Positions 9,071 to 19,790 of a stretch of 64,000 bases of DNA are shown piece after piece (position 1 is the stretch's first letter; each line of letters opens with the position of its first letter). The translations under genes were made by a program, and so were the position numbers. The notes beneath the pieces are model-generated. The model did no database searches. It saw nothing but the letters and a program-made list of their open reading frames with translations, and had not been told where the DNA came from. The stretch is from a bacterium (GTDB lineage Bacteria; UBA8248), in assembly GCA_965261085.1 (NCBI GenBank), contig OZ253442.1, forward strand, positions 1,088,001-1,152,000, read 5' to 3'.

Positions 9071-10792
9071 ATGAACTGCAACCAACATGCTACGAGCAAT
9101 AAACTTCCGGAGCGGATCCGCGCCCGGGTCTTTGAGGGCGCGCTCAGTCGCGTCACGAGGATGTACGCCGCAGGACTCGCCGACGTATTCACCGAGACGC
9201 TCCAGAACAGCCGCCGGGCCGGCGCCACGCGGGTCCGCGTCACCATCGACGCCTCAGAGGAAACGCCCGGCGTCCTGTCGGTCACCTTAGCCGACGATGG
9301 GGCCGGCATCGCCGATCCCGCCGTGCTCCTCTCGTTCGGTGAGAACGGATGGAGTGAGGACCTCGCGCGCCGCGAGGACGCGGCGGGGATGGGGTTCCTG
9401 AGCCTCGCGCGCCGTGGCTGCACGGTTGTTTCCAGACCGCGTTCTGATGGTGGCGAGACGGCCCCGGCTTGGCGCGTCGATCTCACGCCCGCCCACTTCC
9501 TGGGAGAAGAAGAGGCGGAGGTCCTCCCCGATGCCGACGCGCCCAAGCCCCACGGGACGGCGGTCCGCTTCCGGACGGAAGAGGCCCGCGAGGCGATCCG
9601 GCGCACGCTCGAGAACGCGGTACGGCATTACCCGCTCCCGGTCACGCTCGATGGTGAGAGCCTCCCCCGCCGGGCCTTCCTCGATGGCGCCGTCCATGCC
9701 GAGTCCTGGCGGGGCCTCGCCTTCGGCGTCTTCACGGGGCGCAGCCGCTACCGCGACGAGCCGGACTTGAACTTCCACGGCCTGATCCTGGCGGCCCACC
9801 TGCCCACGGTCCATCCCGTAGACGGCCTGGCCTTCTCGGTCCGCGCCGATGTCGGGAACTGTCCCGAACTCGAACTCGTCCTCCCGGCCAGGAAAGAAGC
9901 GGTCGAGACGCCCTTCTTGGATGAGATGAGAGAAGCCGCGCGCACCGCGGTCTACCAGGCGATGGCTAAGGCCGATCCCGCGCCGGTCGTCGCATTCCAA
10001 GACTGGAAGCGCGCGCGGGCGGCCGGGGTCGAACTGCCGGTACCGGCGCCTGCGCTCCGGCCCTGGCGGCCTCCCGTCGCCGATACCGACAACTGGCTCG
10101 CGGGACCAGCACCCGAACCCCTGCCCACAGGCGCGCTCGTTATGGACGTGGACTTTGAGGCGCCCGAAGCCCAGGCGCTGTGGCGCGCCGCCGAACGCAG
10201 CGGAATGTCTCCGCGGCTTTTCGAGACGGACCGGCGGTTCGAAGGCTACGGCTGGTACGACACGCTCCCCCGCGTCACCGGTGTCCAGACCCGGATCGTG
10301 GGCAACGGGGAAGTCCGTCCGCTCGTGGACTACCAAACCCCGCCCGTCGAGACGCCCCCGCGGCCGGACGCAATCCGCGTGAAGCTCGATGTCCAATACC
10401 CGGACGGAACGAATGAAACACTCGCGCTCGACGCCGACCTCGCCTTCGCCGGTGAGGCCTGGGCCTGGCTCTCAGACGTGCGTCCGCTGGTCACGGCCGG
10501 GAGCGCCATCGAACCCGCAGAACTCGCCGGGATCCTGCGCGACGCCTTCTTCTCGCCCTCGGACGAGTCGGACGCGGACAGCTGGGAGACCCAGCGAACG
10601 CGCTTCGAGGAGGAAGCCACCCACCTGGCCATCGGTCTCCTGTGCTCGGAAGAGGAGGCGCTCAGGCGCTCGATCGCAGAGGCCGTGCGCCGCGAACTCT
10701 CCTGGCTCATGCCGCGGGACCGCGCGGTCACCATCACCGTGCGCGGTGGTGAGGTCGGCGTCGTGTTCTCTGCCGGGGAGGCCTCGCGATGA
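9071..10792 (+). CDS. GHKL/HATPase-domain protein
   Basis: ETLQNSRRAGA (N box), DDGAGI (G1 box), DAAGMGF, HGTAVRF. Confidence 0.8.
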   Translation: MNCNQHATSNKLPERIRARVFEGALSRVTRMYAAGLADVFTETLQNSRRAGATRVRVTIDASEETPGVLSVTLADDGAGIADPAVLLSFGENGWSEDLARREDAAGMGFLSLARRGCTVVSRPRSDGGETAPAWRVDLTPAHFLGEEEAEVLPDADAPKPHGTAVRFRTEEAREAIRRTLENAVRHYPLPVTLDGESLPRRAFLDGAVHAESWRGLAFGVFTGRSRYRDEPDLNFHGLILAAHLPTVHPVDGLAFSVRADVGNCPELELVLPARKEAVETPFLDEMREAARTAVYQAMAKADPAPVVAFQDWKRARAAGVELPVPAPALRPWRPPVADTDNWLAGPAPEPLPTGALVMDVDFEAPEAQALWRAAERSGMSPRLFETDRRFEGYGWYDTLPRVTGVQTRIVGNGEVRPLVDYQTPPVETPPRPDAIRVKLDVQYPDGTNETLALDADLAFAGEAWAWLSDVRPLVTAGSAIEPAELAGILRDAFFSPSDESDADSWETQRTRFEEEATHLAIGLLCSEEEALRRSIAEAVRRELSWLMPRDRAVTITVRGGEVGVVFSAGEASR

Positions 10793-11280
10793 AAAAGCCA
10801 TATACGGTCCAGTGCGGATATACGGCCCACTTCGCCAATACGGTCACCGTGGAAGCGGAGACGCTCGAGGAAGCGCTCGAAAAAGCCATCGAGACCGCCA
10901 ACGCCGATGAGGACTGGCGCTCGACCGGCCATTGCAGCAGGACTTTCGTGGACGCCGTCTGCGAGGGCGCCGGCGCCGATCCCCGGGACACGGACGCGGC
11001 ATGGCCGGTCCCCGAGCGGTTCACCGAGCGGGGCGAGCCGCCGGTCGTCACCCTGACCGATCCCGGCCGGGCGGGCGGCGGCACCATCGAGGTTTCCGGG
11101 GGCCGGGCCCTGCTCCGCTTCCAGACCCCTGACGCCACGATCACGAGCGAGATTTCCGATCCGCCCCATCCGCCCGGCAACAAGCCGCTCGTGACGATCC
11201 GCCGCCGCGACGACGGCGCGCCCGACGTCACCGTGACCGGGGGCCGGGCGCGCGTCCGCATTCTCGATTTCCAACCCTGA
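10789..11280 (+). CDS. Hypothetical ICE protein
   Basis: ATGA-coupled to the upstream gene; backbone codon usage. Confidence 0.7.
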   Translation: MKKPYTVQCGYTAHFANTVTVEAETLEEALEKAIETANADEDWRSTGHCSRTFVDAVCEGAGADPRDTDAAWPVPERFTERGEPPVVTLTDPGRAGGGTIEVSGGRALLRFQTPDATITSEISDPPHPPGNKPLVTIRRRDDGAPDVTVTGGRARVRILDFQP

Positions 11281-11347
11281 CGCCAAACGACACCGGAGCC
11301 TCTCCGGCCTTTCCACGTCCGCCTTTCACGTAGAGGAGAACGTCCCG

Positions 11348-11740
11348 ATGGAACTCATCACACCCGAGCAGCGCGAACAACTTATCGCCAACGGCGCCGA
11401 CCGGGGCGCAGACCACATGCCCGTGGTCAAACTGTTCAATCCGTGCGGCGCCGGGACCTGGCTCGTGACCGAACTCGACCCAGAAGACACATCCGTCGCG
11501 TTCGGGCTCGCCGATCTCGGCTTCGGTACTCCCGAGGTCGGGAGCTTCTCTATCCAGGAACTCGAATCCTTCCGGGGGCCGTTAGGCCTCGGTATCGAGC
11601 GCGACCTGTATTTCGAGGGGAAATTCACCCTCGCCGTCTACGCCGAAGCGGCACGCGCCGCAGGCCGTATCGTCGAACACGGCTCCGAACTCGCCGCCGC
11701 CGCCCGGCGACGGAGCAAGAGCGCCGCCACCTGCGGCTGA
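11348..11740 (+). CDS. DUF2958 family protein
   Basis: PVVKLFNPCGAGTWLVTE, FGLADLGFGTPE, IERDLYF. Confidence 0.85.
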   Translation: MELITPEQREQLIANGADRGADHMPVVKLFNPCGAGTWLVTELDPEDTSVAFGLADLGFGTPEVGSFSIQELESFRGPLGLGIERDLYFEGKFTLAVYAEAARAAGRIVEHGSELAAAARRRSKSAATCG

Positions 11741-11775
11741 TCGATCCTTTTCCCCTATCCATTCTGGAGAGAATC

Positions 11776-12093
11776 ATGCCCGACACCGTATCCCGAACTC
11801 CGGCCATACATCCCATGGACCCGAGGCGCGGTGAGAGCCTCTCGCCGATGTTCACGGCCTTTCTCTGTTGGCTGCTCGGCTTGCCGCCCATGACGGAACC
11901 CGCAATCACCGGGGTCGCGGTCACGGGGGACAGCGTCCTCGCCGCCACCGATACAGATCCGTTCTTCAACGCGCACATAGGCAGTCTCACTGATTTCGAG
12001 CGCAACATCCGAGGCTGGGGCGAGGCCTGCGGCGCCGATGCCGCAACGATCGAAGACCTCCTCACCAGGCTCCGCAGCGCCGCCCGTACCTGA
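11776..12093 (+). CDS. Hypothetical ICE protein
   Basis: GGAGA RBS before the ATG at 11776; C-terminal part of ORF 11443-12093. Confidence 0.65.
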   Translation: MPDTVSRTPAIHPMDPRRGESLSPMFTAFLCWLLGLPPMTEPAITGVAVTGDSVLAATDTDPFFNAHIGSLTDFERNIRGWGEACGADAATIEDLLTRLRSAART

Positions 12094-12223
12094 CCCGCAC
12101 TTCTTCGAGCTGCGCCGGGACGAGTTCGAGACCGGCCCGGCCGGGGCGAACCGAGAGGTCCCGGGGGAGTGATCCTCCTTCTGGACGACCGACCCCCATT
12201 CCCCGACATCCGAGGAGACTTCT

Positions 12224-15200
12224 ATGTCGCAAGTCCTGACGGCGGACGCCTGTCCGAACGCCCCCCGCTCCACCCCGCCGACTTCCGAGGCCGCGCTCCT
12301 CGAAGCGGCCAAGGCGCTGCTGCCCGTCCTGGCGGCCGGACGTCCGCTCGACGCGAACGTGCTCAGGGACACCATGACGCGCGCCTTCGGCGCAACCGAT
12401 GCGCAGGGCGCCTGGCTCTGGAAAGACGCCTACGAGGCGGCGGAAGCGGCGGTCGTTCTCTTCCTCAAACGCTACGGGCGGGCCATGCGCCGCCGGGCAG
12501 GGGCCGGACCCGAAGGCCCCGCCGCCATGCTGGCCATGCTGCAAAAACTCTCCGCGCTGGAACCCTCCCACACGAAGCGCTCGCAGGAACAAGTCCGCCT
12601 GCAGCAGTTCTCGACCCCGCTCGGCCTCGCCTACGCCGCGCTTCGGGCCGCCGCGCTCCGACCCGGCGACGTCGTTCTGGAGCCGAGCGCCGGGACCGGG
12701 ATGCTGGCCGTGATGGGCTGGTGCGCGCTCGGGTGTGAGCGCGCGCTCCACCTGAACGAGATTGCGAGCACCAGGGCCGGTCTCCTCGCCCGCCTCTTCC
12801 CCGAGGCGAGCGTCACACGCCACAACGCCGAGGCCATCGCCGATTATCTCCCCGGCGTCCGGGCGGACGTCGTCCTCATGAACCCGCCGTTCTCGGCGAC
12901 GCCGGGCGTCGCCCGCATCCGGCATGATGCGGACCTCCGCCACATACGCTCGGCGTTTTGTGCGCTGGCGCCGGGCGGACGTCTGGTCGCCGTCACGTCT
13001 GCGGGCTGTATGCCTGGGGATGCCGCCTGGAACTCGGTCTTCTCATCCTTTGAGGCGCCCGCGCGTGTCGTGTTCACGATGGAGATCGAGGGGCGCGCCT
13101 ACGCGAGGCGAGGGACCACGTTCGACACCCGTCTCACCGTGATCGACCGGGGCGAGGAGCGCGGGAACGCCGTGATCGATCCCGCTGCCCGGGCGGCGAA
13201 CGCTGAGAAACTTCTCCGGGCCGTCATCGCGGGAGTGCCCGCGCGCCTCGCCACTAGCACCACCCGTGCGACCGTACCCGCCGCCCCGCTTCGCGATCTT
13301 TTCGGCGAGACGCCGGCGCTCAATGCCAAAGAAAGCAAGACCAAGGAGAGGGACGCCGGCAAGACGACATCGAATCCGCAGCAAGATATGGGTCCCGTCT
13401 CGGAACTCGCATACGAGGCGGCCCCGCCCTGCGGCGACGCCGCGGCCATGGGCCCCTACGCGCCCTGGAAGCCGAGTGTCGTGAGCGTATCCGGCGCCGT
13501 CGCGCATCCCACGCCGCTCGTCCAGTCGGCCGCCATGGCCGCCGTCGAGCATCCAAAGCCCTCGCACCGCCCGCTGCTGCCCGAACGCGTCGTCACCGAG
13601 GGTCTCTTGTCGGACGCGCAGATCGAGAGCGTCGTCCTGGCAGGCGAGGCCCACAACCGCCATCTCTCCGCCCGCTACAGGATCGGCGCCGGCTGGGAGA
13701 CCGTCCGCCGCTGCGACGAAGACGATACCACTGCCGAGTCCGTCACCGAGGACGGTGAGGCGCTCTCGGCGCAGGTCCGGTTCCGTCGCGGGTGGATGCT
13801 GGGCGACGGCACCGGGTGCGGCAAGGGCCGCGAGGTCGCGGCGGTCATCCTCGACAACCGGCTCCGGGGACGGAGCCGCGCGCTCTGGCTCTCGGCCTCC
13901 GCCAACCTGCTCGAAGACGCCCGCCGGGACTGGGCCGCGCTCGGGGGCCGTGAGGAAGACGTGATCCCGCTTTCCGGTTACCGGCAAGGGGCCGACATCC
14001 CGCAGGATGAAGGCATCCTGTTCGCGACCTACGCGACGCTGCGCGCGCCGGCCCGCGAGGGCAAGGCCTCGCGGCTCGACCAGGTCGTCGCCTGGTTGGC
14101 AGGCAGCCTCGAGGAAGAAGACCGCCACGGGTATGAGAGCGTGATCGTGTTCGACGAGTCCCACGCCATGGCGAACGCCGCAGGATCCAGGGGATCGCGA
14201 GGCAATATGAAACCCTCGGCCCAGGGACGGGCGGGACTCAGGCTCCAGCACGCATTGCCCGACGCCCGTGTCCTCTACGTCTCGGCCACCGGAGCCACCA
14301 CCGTGACCGGCCTCGCCTACGCGGTGCGCCTGGGACTCTGGGGCGCCGGGGAGACGCCCTTCGAGAGCCGGGGTGATTTCGTATCGGCGATGGAGGCGGG
14401 CGGCGTCGCCGCCATGGAGGTGGTCGCCCGGGACTTGAAGGCCCTGGGCCTCTATCAGGCGAGGGCGTTATCTTATGAGGGGATCGAGGTCGACATCCTC
14501 GAACACGCGCTCACGCCCGAGCAGCGCCGCATCTACGACGCCTACGCCGGCGCCTTCAAGGTCATCCACGCCAACTTACAAGACGCGCTCGAAGCCACCG
14601 GGATCACGCAGGGCGAAGAGACCCTGAACAGGAACGCGAAATCAGCCGCGCTCTCCGCCTTCGAAGGCGCCAAGCAGCGGTTCTTCGGCCACCTTTTGTG
14701 CGCCATGAAGTGTCCCTCGCTCATCCGCGCGGTCGAAGCCGACCTCGAAGCCGGCCGCTCGGCCGTGATCCAACTCGTCTCCACGGGCGAGGCCCTGATG
14801 GAGCGAAGGGTCGCGGAGATCCCGCCCTCTGAATGGGACGACCTATCGATCGACCTGACGCCCAGGGAATACGTGCTCGACTTCCTGGCGCACGCCTTCC
14901 CGGTGCAGTTACAGGAGCCCTTCACCGACGAGGAGGGTAACCTCATGAGCCGGCCCGCCGTCGATGAGGACGGGAACCCCGTGCTCTCCCAGGAGGCCCT
15001 CGTCAAACGCGAAGCGCTGATCGGGAAACTGGCGTCGCTCCCGCCGGTGCCCTCCGCCCTCGATCAAATCGTGCACCACTTCGGCCATGACGCCGTGGCC
15101 GAGGTCACAGGCCGCTCCCGCCGGGTGCTCAGGACCCAAGACGCGCAGGGCGTGCGACTCGCCTTGCGCCCGCGTCCGGCCTCGGCCGGACTCGCCGAGA

Positions 15201-16660
15201 CGGCGGCCTTCATGGACGCGAAAAAGCGAATACTCGTCTTCTCCATGGCCGGGGGCACGGGGCGCAGCTACCACGCCGACTTGGGATCCGCCAACACGCA
15301 GCGCCGGGTCCACTACCTGCTCGAACCCGGCTGGCGGGCCGACCAGGCGATCCAGGGCCTGGGGCGCACCCACAGGACGCACCAGGCCTCGGCCCCCCTG
15401 TTCCGGCCCGTCACCACCGACGTCAAGGGAGAGCGGCGCTTCATCGCCACCATCGCGAGGAGACTCGATTCCCTGGGCGCCATCACCCGTGGCCAGCGGA
15501 ACTCGCAGACCGCAATGGACGGCGAGGCGACGCTCTTCCGCGCCGGCGACAACCTGGAAAGCCCCTACGCCCGGGCGGCGCTCCGCCAGTTCTATGGAGC
15601 GCTCTGGCGGGGCGGTGTCCCCGGCTGGTCGCTCGGGCGCTTCGAGGAGGCAACCGGTCTCAAGCTCACTTACGAGGGAGCACTCAAGGAAGACCTCCCG
15701 CCCATGCCGAAGTTCCTGAACCGCCTGCTGGCGCTTCCCATAGAGGAGCAGAACGCGCTGTTCGCAGAACTCGAATCGCGCGTCGAGTCCAACATCGAAC
15801 AAGCCGTCGAGGCGGGGACCTATGAGGTAGGCGTCGAGACCCTGCGAGCGGACTCGCTCACCGCGGCCGGCAGCGAGACCCTCTACACCCACCCCGATAC
15901 CTGCGCGGCGACCGGCCTCGTCGAGATCCTCCGACGCGACCGGCTCGTGCCCACGACGGCCGACGCCGCGCTCGATATGTCCAGGAAGGCCGGCGCGCCG
16001 GCGCTCGTCGTGAACGCCCGCTCAAAACGGGCGGCCGCCCTCCTCCCCGCGCCCTCGATGATGTTCGACGACGGGGGCGTGCAGGAACGGGTGCGCCTCC
16101 TGCGGCCAGCGGCCCGGGAGGGCATGGCGAGGGCCGAACTCGATGCCTCGAACTGGCGCGAGGCGGAGGAAGCCGAATGGCGCGCCCTCTGGGAGGACGA
16201 GGTCGCCGGCCTGCCGACGCACACCGAATCGCGTTTCTGGCTCGTCACCGGGCTCCTCCTGCCGGTCTGGGACCGTCTGGGCGCCGAGAACATGCGGGTG
16301 CGACGCCTCGACACCGACGACGGTGAAGCGATGATCGGGCGCGCCTTGGACGCAGGGGGCGTCCGGGCCGTGCGCGCCGCCTTTGGTCTCGACGGAGGTC
16401 CCTCTCTCACCTCCGGGGAAGCCTTCGATGCCGTCATGGGGCGCGGCGAGGTACTGACCCTCGCGAACGGCTGGCGCCTCGCGCGCCGCCGCATCATGGG
16501 GGCGCCGCGCCTGGAGATCGAGGGACCCGACGACCGGCACGTCACAACCCTCAAGCGCCTCGGCTGTACGGTCGAGATCGTCTCCTGGAGCGCCCGCGTC
16601 TTCGCGCCAGACGCCGTCGTACTCGCCCGCGTCCTCGAAAGCCGGCCCCTCGCGGGCTGA
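12224..16660 (+). CDS. Strawberry-notch-like methyltransferase/helicase fusion
   Basis: LQQFSTP, VLEPSAGTG, MNPPFS (N6-MTase); GDGTGCGKG, FDESH, QGLGRTHR (SF2-like). Confidence 0.92.
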   Translation: MSQVLTADACPNAPRSTPPTSEAALLEAAKALLPVLAAGRPLDANVLRDTMTRAFGATDAQGAWLWKDAYEAAEAAVVLFLKRYGRAMRRRAGAGPEGPAAMLAMLQKLSALEPSHTKRSQEQVRLQQFSTPLGLAYAALRAAALRPGDVVLEPSAGTGMLAVMGWCALGCERALHLNEIASTRAGLLARLFPEASVTRHNAEAIADYLPGVRADVVLMNPPFSATPGVARIRHDADLRHIRSAFCALAPGGRLVAVTSAGCMPGDAAWNSVFSSFEAPARVVFTMEIEGRAYARRGTTFDTRLTVIDRGEERGNAVIDPAARAANAEKLLRAVIAGVPARLATSTTRATVPAAPLRDLFGETPALNAKESKTKERDAGKTTSNPQQDMGPVSELAYEAAPPCGDAAAMGPYAPWKPSVVSVSGAVAHPTPLVQSAAMAAVEHPKPSHRPLLPERVVTEGLLSDAQIESVVLAGEAHNRHLSARYRIGAGWETVRRCDEDDTTAESVTEDGEALSAQVRFRRGWMLGDGTGCGKGREVAAVILDNRLRGRSRALWLSASANLLEDARRDWAALGGREEDVIPLSGYRQGADIPQDEGILFATYATLRAPAREGKASRLDQVVAWLAGSLEEEDRHGYESVIVFDESHAMANAAGSRGSRGNMKPSAQGRAGLRLQHALPDARVLYVSATGATTVTGLAYAVRLGLWGAGETPFESRGDFVSAMEAGGVAAMEVVARDLKALGLYQARALSYEGIEVDILEHALTPEQRRIYDAYAGAFKVIHANLQDALEATGITQGEETLNRNAKSAALSAFEGAKQRFFGHLLCAMKCPSLIRAVEADLEAGRSAVIQLVSTGEALMERRVAEIPPSEWDDLSIDLTPREYVLDFLAHAFPVQLQEPFTDEEGNLMSRPAVDEDGNPVLSQEALVKREALIGKLASLPPVPSALDQIVHHFGHDAVAEVTGRSRRVLRTQDAQGVRLALRPRPASAGLAETAAFMDAKKRILVFSMAGGTGRSYHADLGSANTQRRVHYLLEPGWRADQAIQGLGRTHRTHQASAPLFRPVTTDVKGERRFIATIARRLDSLGAITRGQRNSQTAMDGEATLFRAGDNLESPYARAALRQFYGALWRGGVPGWSLGRFEEATGLKLTYEGALKEDLPPMPKFLNRLLALPIEEQNALFAELESRVESNIEQAVEAGTYEVGVETLRADSLTAAGSETLYTHPDTCAATGLVEILRRDRLVPTTADAALDMSRKAGAPALVVNARSKRAAALLPAPSMMFDDGGVQERVRLLRPAAREGMARAELDASNWREAEEAEWRALWEDEVAGLPTHTESRFWLVTGLLLPVWDRLGAENMRVRRLDTDDGEAMIGRALDAGGVRAVRAAFGLDGGPSLTSGEAFDAVMGRGEVLTLANGWRLARRRIMGAPRLEIEGPDDRHVTTLKRLGCTVEIVSWSARVFAPDAVVLARVLESRPLAG

Positions 16661-16746
16661 ACCCGCACGTGCGGCCGGCCCGCATACGTATGGCCGTCCG
16701 GCGGGGGGCCGTTATGCCTTCTTCATCATTCAAGGGAGATCAATCC

Positions 16747-17007
16747 ATGACTGCGCACACACTACCCAGGAACCCCGACTACGCCTTCTGCCCGGCCTAC
16801 GGCCCGGGGGACGCGCCGCAGGAGATACGGCTCGTCATCGACGGGATGAGCGGGAGCATCCCCACCGCCCTCGTCGCCTTGACTCTCGAGGACGCACAGC
16901 GATTCTGCGACAGGCTCAACGCCCGGCTCGGAATGGACCGGGAGGCCTGGTCCGCTCTGGCCGCACGCGCAATGGAGGAGACTCCAAACGATGGGAGCGC
17001 CGGTTGA
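16747..17007 (+). CDS. Hypothetical ICE protein
   Basis: GGAG RBS before the ATG at 16747. Confidence 0.6.
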   Translation: MTAHTLPRNPDYAFCPAYGPGDAPQEIRLVIDGMSGSIPTALVALTLEDAQRFCDRLNARLGMDREAWSALAARAMEETPNDGSAG

Positions 17008-17362
17008 GCCACCACCCCGCCACCCAGACCGGCAGGCTTAGAATCACCGCGTAGACGGCGATGGCGAGCGGGCCGAGCAGACCCGCCACCAGCGACGCCG
17101 CCACCGTGACGACGCCGAGCACAACCCCCGCCGTCCAGGCGGTGCTGCGGTAACCCAGCCGCCACAGCCGCCGGCAAGCGAGCGCCAGGGGGAGGCCGCA
17201 CGGCGCGACCGGAAGCAACGCCACCGCCGATAACGGCAGCATCGCCCAGGTCGCGGGCTCGTTCCCGAAGCGCAGGACAGCGGTCACGGCCACCCCGGCC
17301 GGCAGCCACAGGAGCGCCGGCGCCCAGAAGCCGCGCCGCTCGATACCTCTGCGATTGTCCAT
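16916..17362 (-). CDS. Small multi-TM membrane protein
   Basis: Four hydrophobic segments; AAGG RBS. Confidence 0.55.
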   Translation of the reverse strand: MDNRRGIERRGFWAPALLWLPAGVAVTAVLRFGNEPATWAMLPLSAVALLPVAPCGLPLALACRRLWRLGYRSTAWTAGVVLGVVTVAASLVAGLLGPLAIAVYAVILSLPVWVAGWWLNRRSHRLESPPLRVRPERTRPPGPFRAGR

Positions 17363-17549
17363 ACCTTATCTCACCCGAATCCCGGACCGGGCGCAAGCCC
17401 GGACGCGGTCCGCGAGCGGTACTCATCGGCCGTGAACCTGCCCGGGAGAGGTAGAGAGAAGCGGGGAGCCGGGCAAATGCCCGGTAGGGAGAGGGAGACG
17501 GTCTCCCGGTCCCGACGCCGGGGACGACAACCCGAGAGGAGGCTGGACA

Positions 17550-17696
17550 ATGTATGAGAACGACTTCGACCCCGACAACCTGACCGGTGACGAACTCCTC
17601 GCCGAGATCGGACTCGACGCGTACACGATCCGCAAGCTGCGCAGTGAGGCGCTCCCCACCGAGGCGGGAAGAGGAGAGGAGTTCAGTAGCGTATAG
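17550..17696 (+). CDS. 48-aa acidic micro-protein upstream of ssb (absent from the ORF track)
   Basis: GAGGAGG RBS; MYENDFDPDNLTGDELLAEIGLDAYTIRKLR...; paralog at 41485-41616. Confidence 0.75.
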   Translation: MYENDFDPDNLTGDELLAEIGLDAYTIRKLRSEALPTEAGRGEEFSSV

Positions 17697-17774
17697 GGCG
17701 AACCGAGGGGCCGGGGAGAGAGGATTCCCGGTCCCATCAACTGTCATCCACATCACACCACAAGGAGAATCACC

Positions 17775-17983
17775 ATGGCATTCGGACTCAACCGCGCGGA
17801 ACTGATCGGACGTCTCGGCGCAGACGTCACCATCAACCACCTCACGAGCGGCGGACGCGTCGCCAACATCTCGATCGCAACCGACGAGGGCTACGTCGAC
17901 AAGCAGACAGGCGACCGGGTCGACAAGACCGAGTGGCACCGGGTCGTGACCTTCCAGCCCGGCCTGGTCGACATGTTCGAGAA
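17775..17983 (+). pseudogene. ssb: ssb 5' half, interrupted by the nested element
   Basis: LNRAELIGRLGAD...KTEWHRVV; joins in frame with 48970-49207 to give 148 aa. Confidence 0.93.
17971..17983 (+). repeat. attL core of the nested element
   Basis: ACATGTTCGAGAA, identical to 48957-48969. Confidence 0.9.
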
Positions 17984-18125
17984 ACATATTATACCATAAC
18001 GGACAATCGTGCGATTGTCTGCGCATGAAACGACTATATCATATATTTTTCAATAAATTATAATTGATTCCTGTCTTTGATCTAGCGTAATACGTACGTT
18101 TGTGCGCGCCCCGGTTTCTTTTTAT

Positions 18126-18145
18126 GTGTTGACATCAGTGTTGCT
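18126..18145 (+). promoter_or_regulatory. Candidate integrase arm-type sites (left)
   Basis: GTGTTGAC-atca-GTGTTGCT; similar tandem at 48861-48879. Confidence 0.5.
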
Positions 18146-18175
18146 AAATTTGATGCACGGTGCTATAGTCCGGGC

Positions 18176-19393
18176 ATGAACGAGAACACCGGAAAACGTA
18201 TTGCCAGGGTCAGGACGACGCTTACAAAACGCACCGTCGAGGCGCTAAAGCCTGATGAAAAGTCCTGGATCGCATGGGACGACAAACTGACGGGTTTCGG
18301 CGTTCGCGTCCAGCCCTCGGGCACGAAGTCGTTCATCGTCAACTACCGCGCAGGCTCAGGCGGCCGCAAGGCGCCCAACAAGCGGGTGGTGATCGGACGC
18401 TACGGCCGCATCGCCCCCGACCGGGCGCGGCGCTTGGCCCAGGACCTGCTCGGACGCGTCGCCCGGGGGGAGGACCCTGCCGGGCAGCGGGCCGATGCCC
18501 GCGGCGTCCCCAACCTGGCCCGTGCCTTCGAGGTCTACATGGCGGCGAATCCGAACCGCGCGGTCAATACCGTCAGGCTCTACGAACAGAACCTGCGGGT
18601 CAACCTCTCAGACTGGCTGAAGCGTCCGCTCGACGCCATCACCCGCCAGGACGTGGAGGACCGCTTCAATCTCATCACCACCAGGCACGGCTGGTCGGCG
18701 GCCAACCAGACGCTCTCGATGCTGCGTTCGATCTATCGCCGGCCCTGCGTCGACTATGAAGGATTGCGCAATCCGGTCGATCTGTGGCTGGCGGCCGGCG
18801 GGCGCTTCCACCAAAAAAGGAGGCGGCGGATATCGAGCCCGGCCGAGGTGTTGCCGCGCTGGCGGGCGGGCATCGAGGCCGTGGACCTCGAACCGGAGGT
18901 TCGCGACATCTTCCTGATCGGTATCTACACCGGCATGCGCCGGGGCGAGATCGTTACGCTGCGCCGGGAGCAAGTGGACATGGAGCGGCGCATCTTCAGG
19001 GTCGAAGAGACCAAGACCGGGGAGCCGCTGGAGCTTCCGATCACCCGGCAGCTCGCCACCATCTTCGAGCGGCGCCTTGCGGATGGCGAGGACCCGTGGG
19101 TGTTTCCCTCTCCCCGGAGCGGGGCCGGACACGTGGCGGACATTGCGCGGTTCTATGGTGAAATCACAGGGAAAGGCGGAACGCGGTTCTGGTTCCACGG
19201 ACTGCGCAACGCCTTCATCACGGTGGCGGAGCGCGAACTCATGCTGCCGCGTTCACTCACGAAGCGGCTGGTGAACCACGCCCGGCCCGGCGACGTAACC
19301 GAGGGCTACGCCGCCGACTGGAGCGTCGAGCAGCTACGCGAACCCGCGCAGCGCATCGCCAACCGCATCGACGAACTGATGAAGGGGACATGA
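18176..19393 (+). CDS. Tyrosine integrase of the nested element
   Basis: WDDKLTGFGVRV arm domain; GMRRGE, ETKTG, HGLR, VNH, TEGY catalytic set intact. Confidence 0.93.
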   Translation: MNENTGKRIARVRTTLTKRTVEALKPDEKSWIAWDDKLTGFGVRVQPSGTKSFIVNYRAGSGGRKAPNKRVVIGRYGRIAPDRARRLAQDLLGRVARGEDPAGQRADARGVPNLARAFEVYMAANPNRAVNTVRLYEQNLRVNLSDWLKRPLDAITRQDVEDRFNLITTRHGWSAANQTLSMLRSIYRRPCVDYEGLRNPVDLWLAAGGRFHQKRRRRISSPAEVLPRWRAGIEAVDLEPEVRDIFLIGIYTGMRRGEIVTLRREQVDMERRIFRVEETKTGEPLELPITRQLATIFERRLADGEDPWVFPSPRSGAGHVADIARFYGEITGKGGTRFWFHGLRNAFITVAERELMLPRSLTKRLVNHARPGDVTEGYAADWSVEQLREPAQRIANRIDELMKGT

Positions 19394-19579
19394 CGGTGGT
19401 CGAAGGTTCGCGCGCGGCAAAATAGCAATCCGCTACTTCTTCGCATAGCCAGTCGCGGGTCCTATGCGATGTTTTATTCAGCGGCCTCATTGGTATCTGG
19501 CTCGCTGTCGCAACCATGTTTTGTGACCCCGGGAGTTATACCAAATTCCATCTAGTGAACGAAATTTCTAATTTCCTAC

Positions 19580-19790
19580 GAGTTACTCTCAGCTCTTGTG
19601 TATGGGCTGAATTGAAGAAGGCGGCGCATTCCTGCTGAAATGTAGTTTTGACGATATTCATTTCAGAGAAAGAATACGCATCATCATACGGTAAAATACG
19701 AAAATTTGATTTTCGAATCCAGCTTTTAGGGTCAAATTCAGTGAACTTGTACACTAGGGCGCACAACGGCTGATTCAACAAGCCGTGGAA
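19580..19790 (+). mobile_element. Degenerate IS256-family left-end remnant
   Basis: CTTGTGTATGGGCTGAATTGAAGAAGGCGGCGCAT shared with 36831, 37801 and 60475. Confidence 0.75.
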
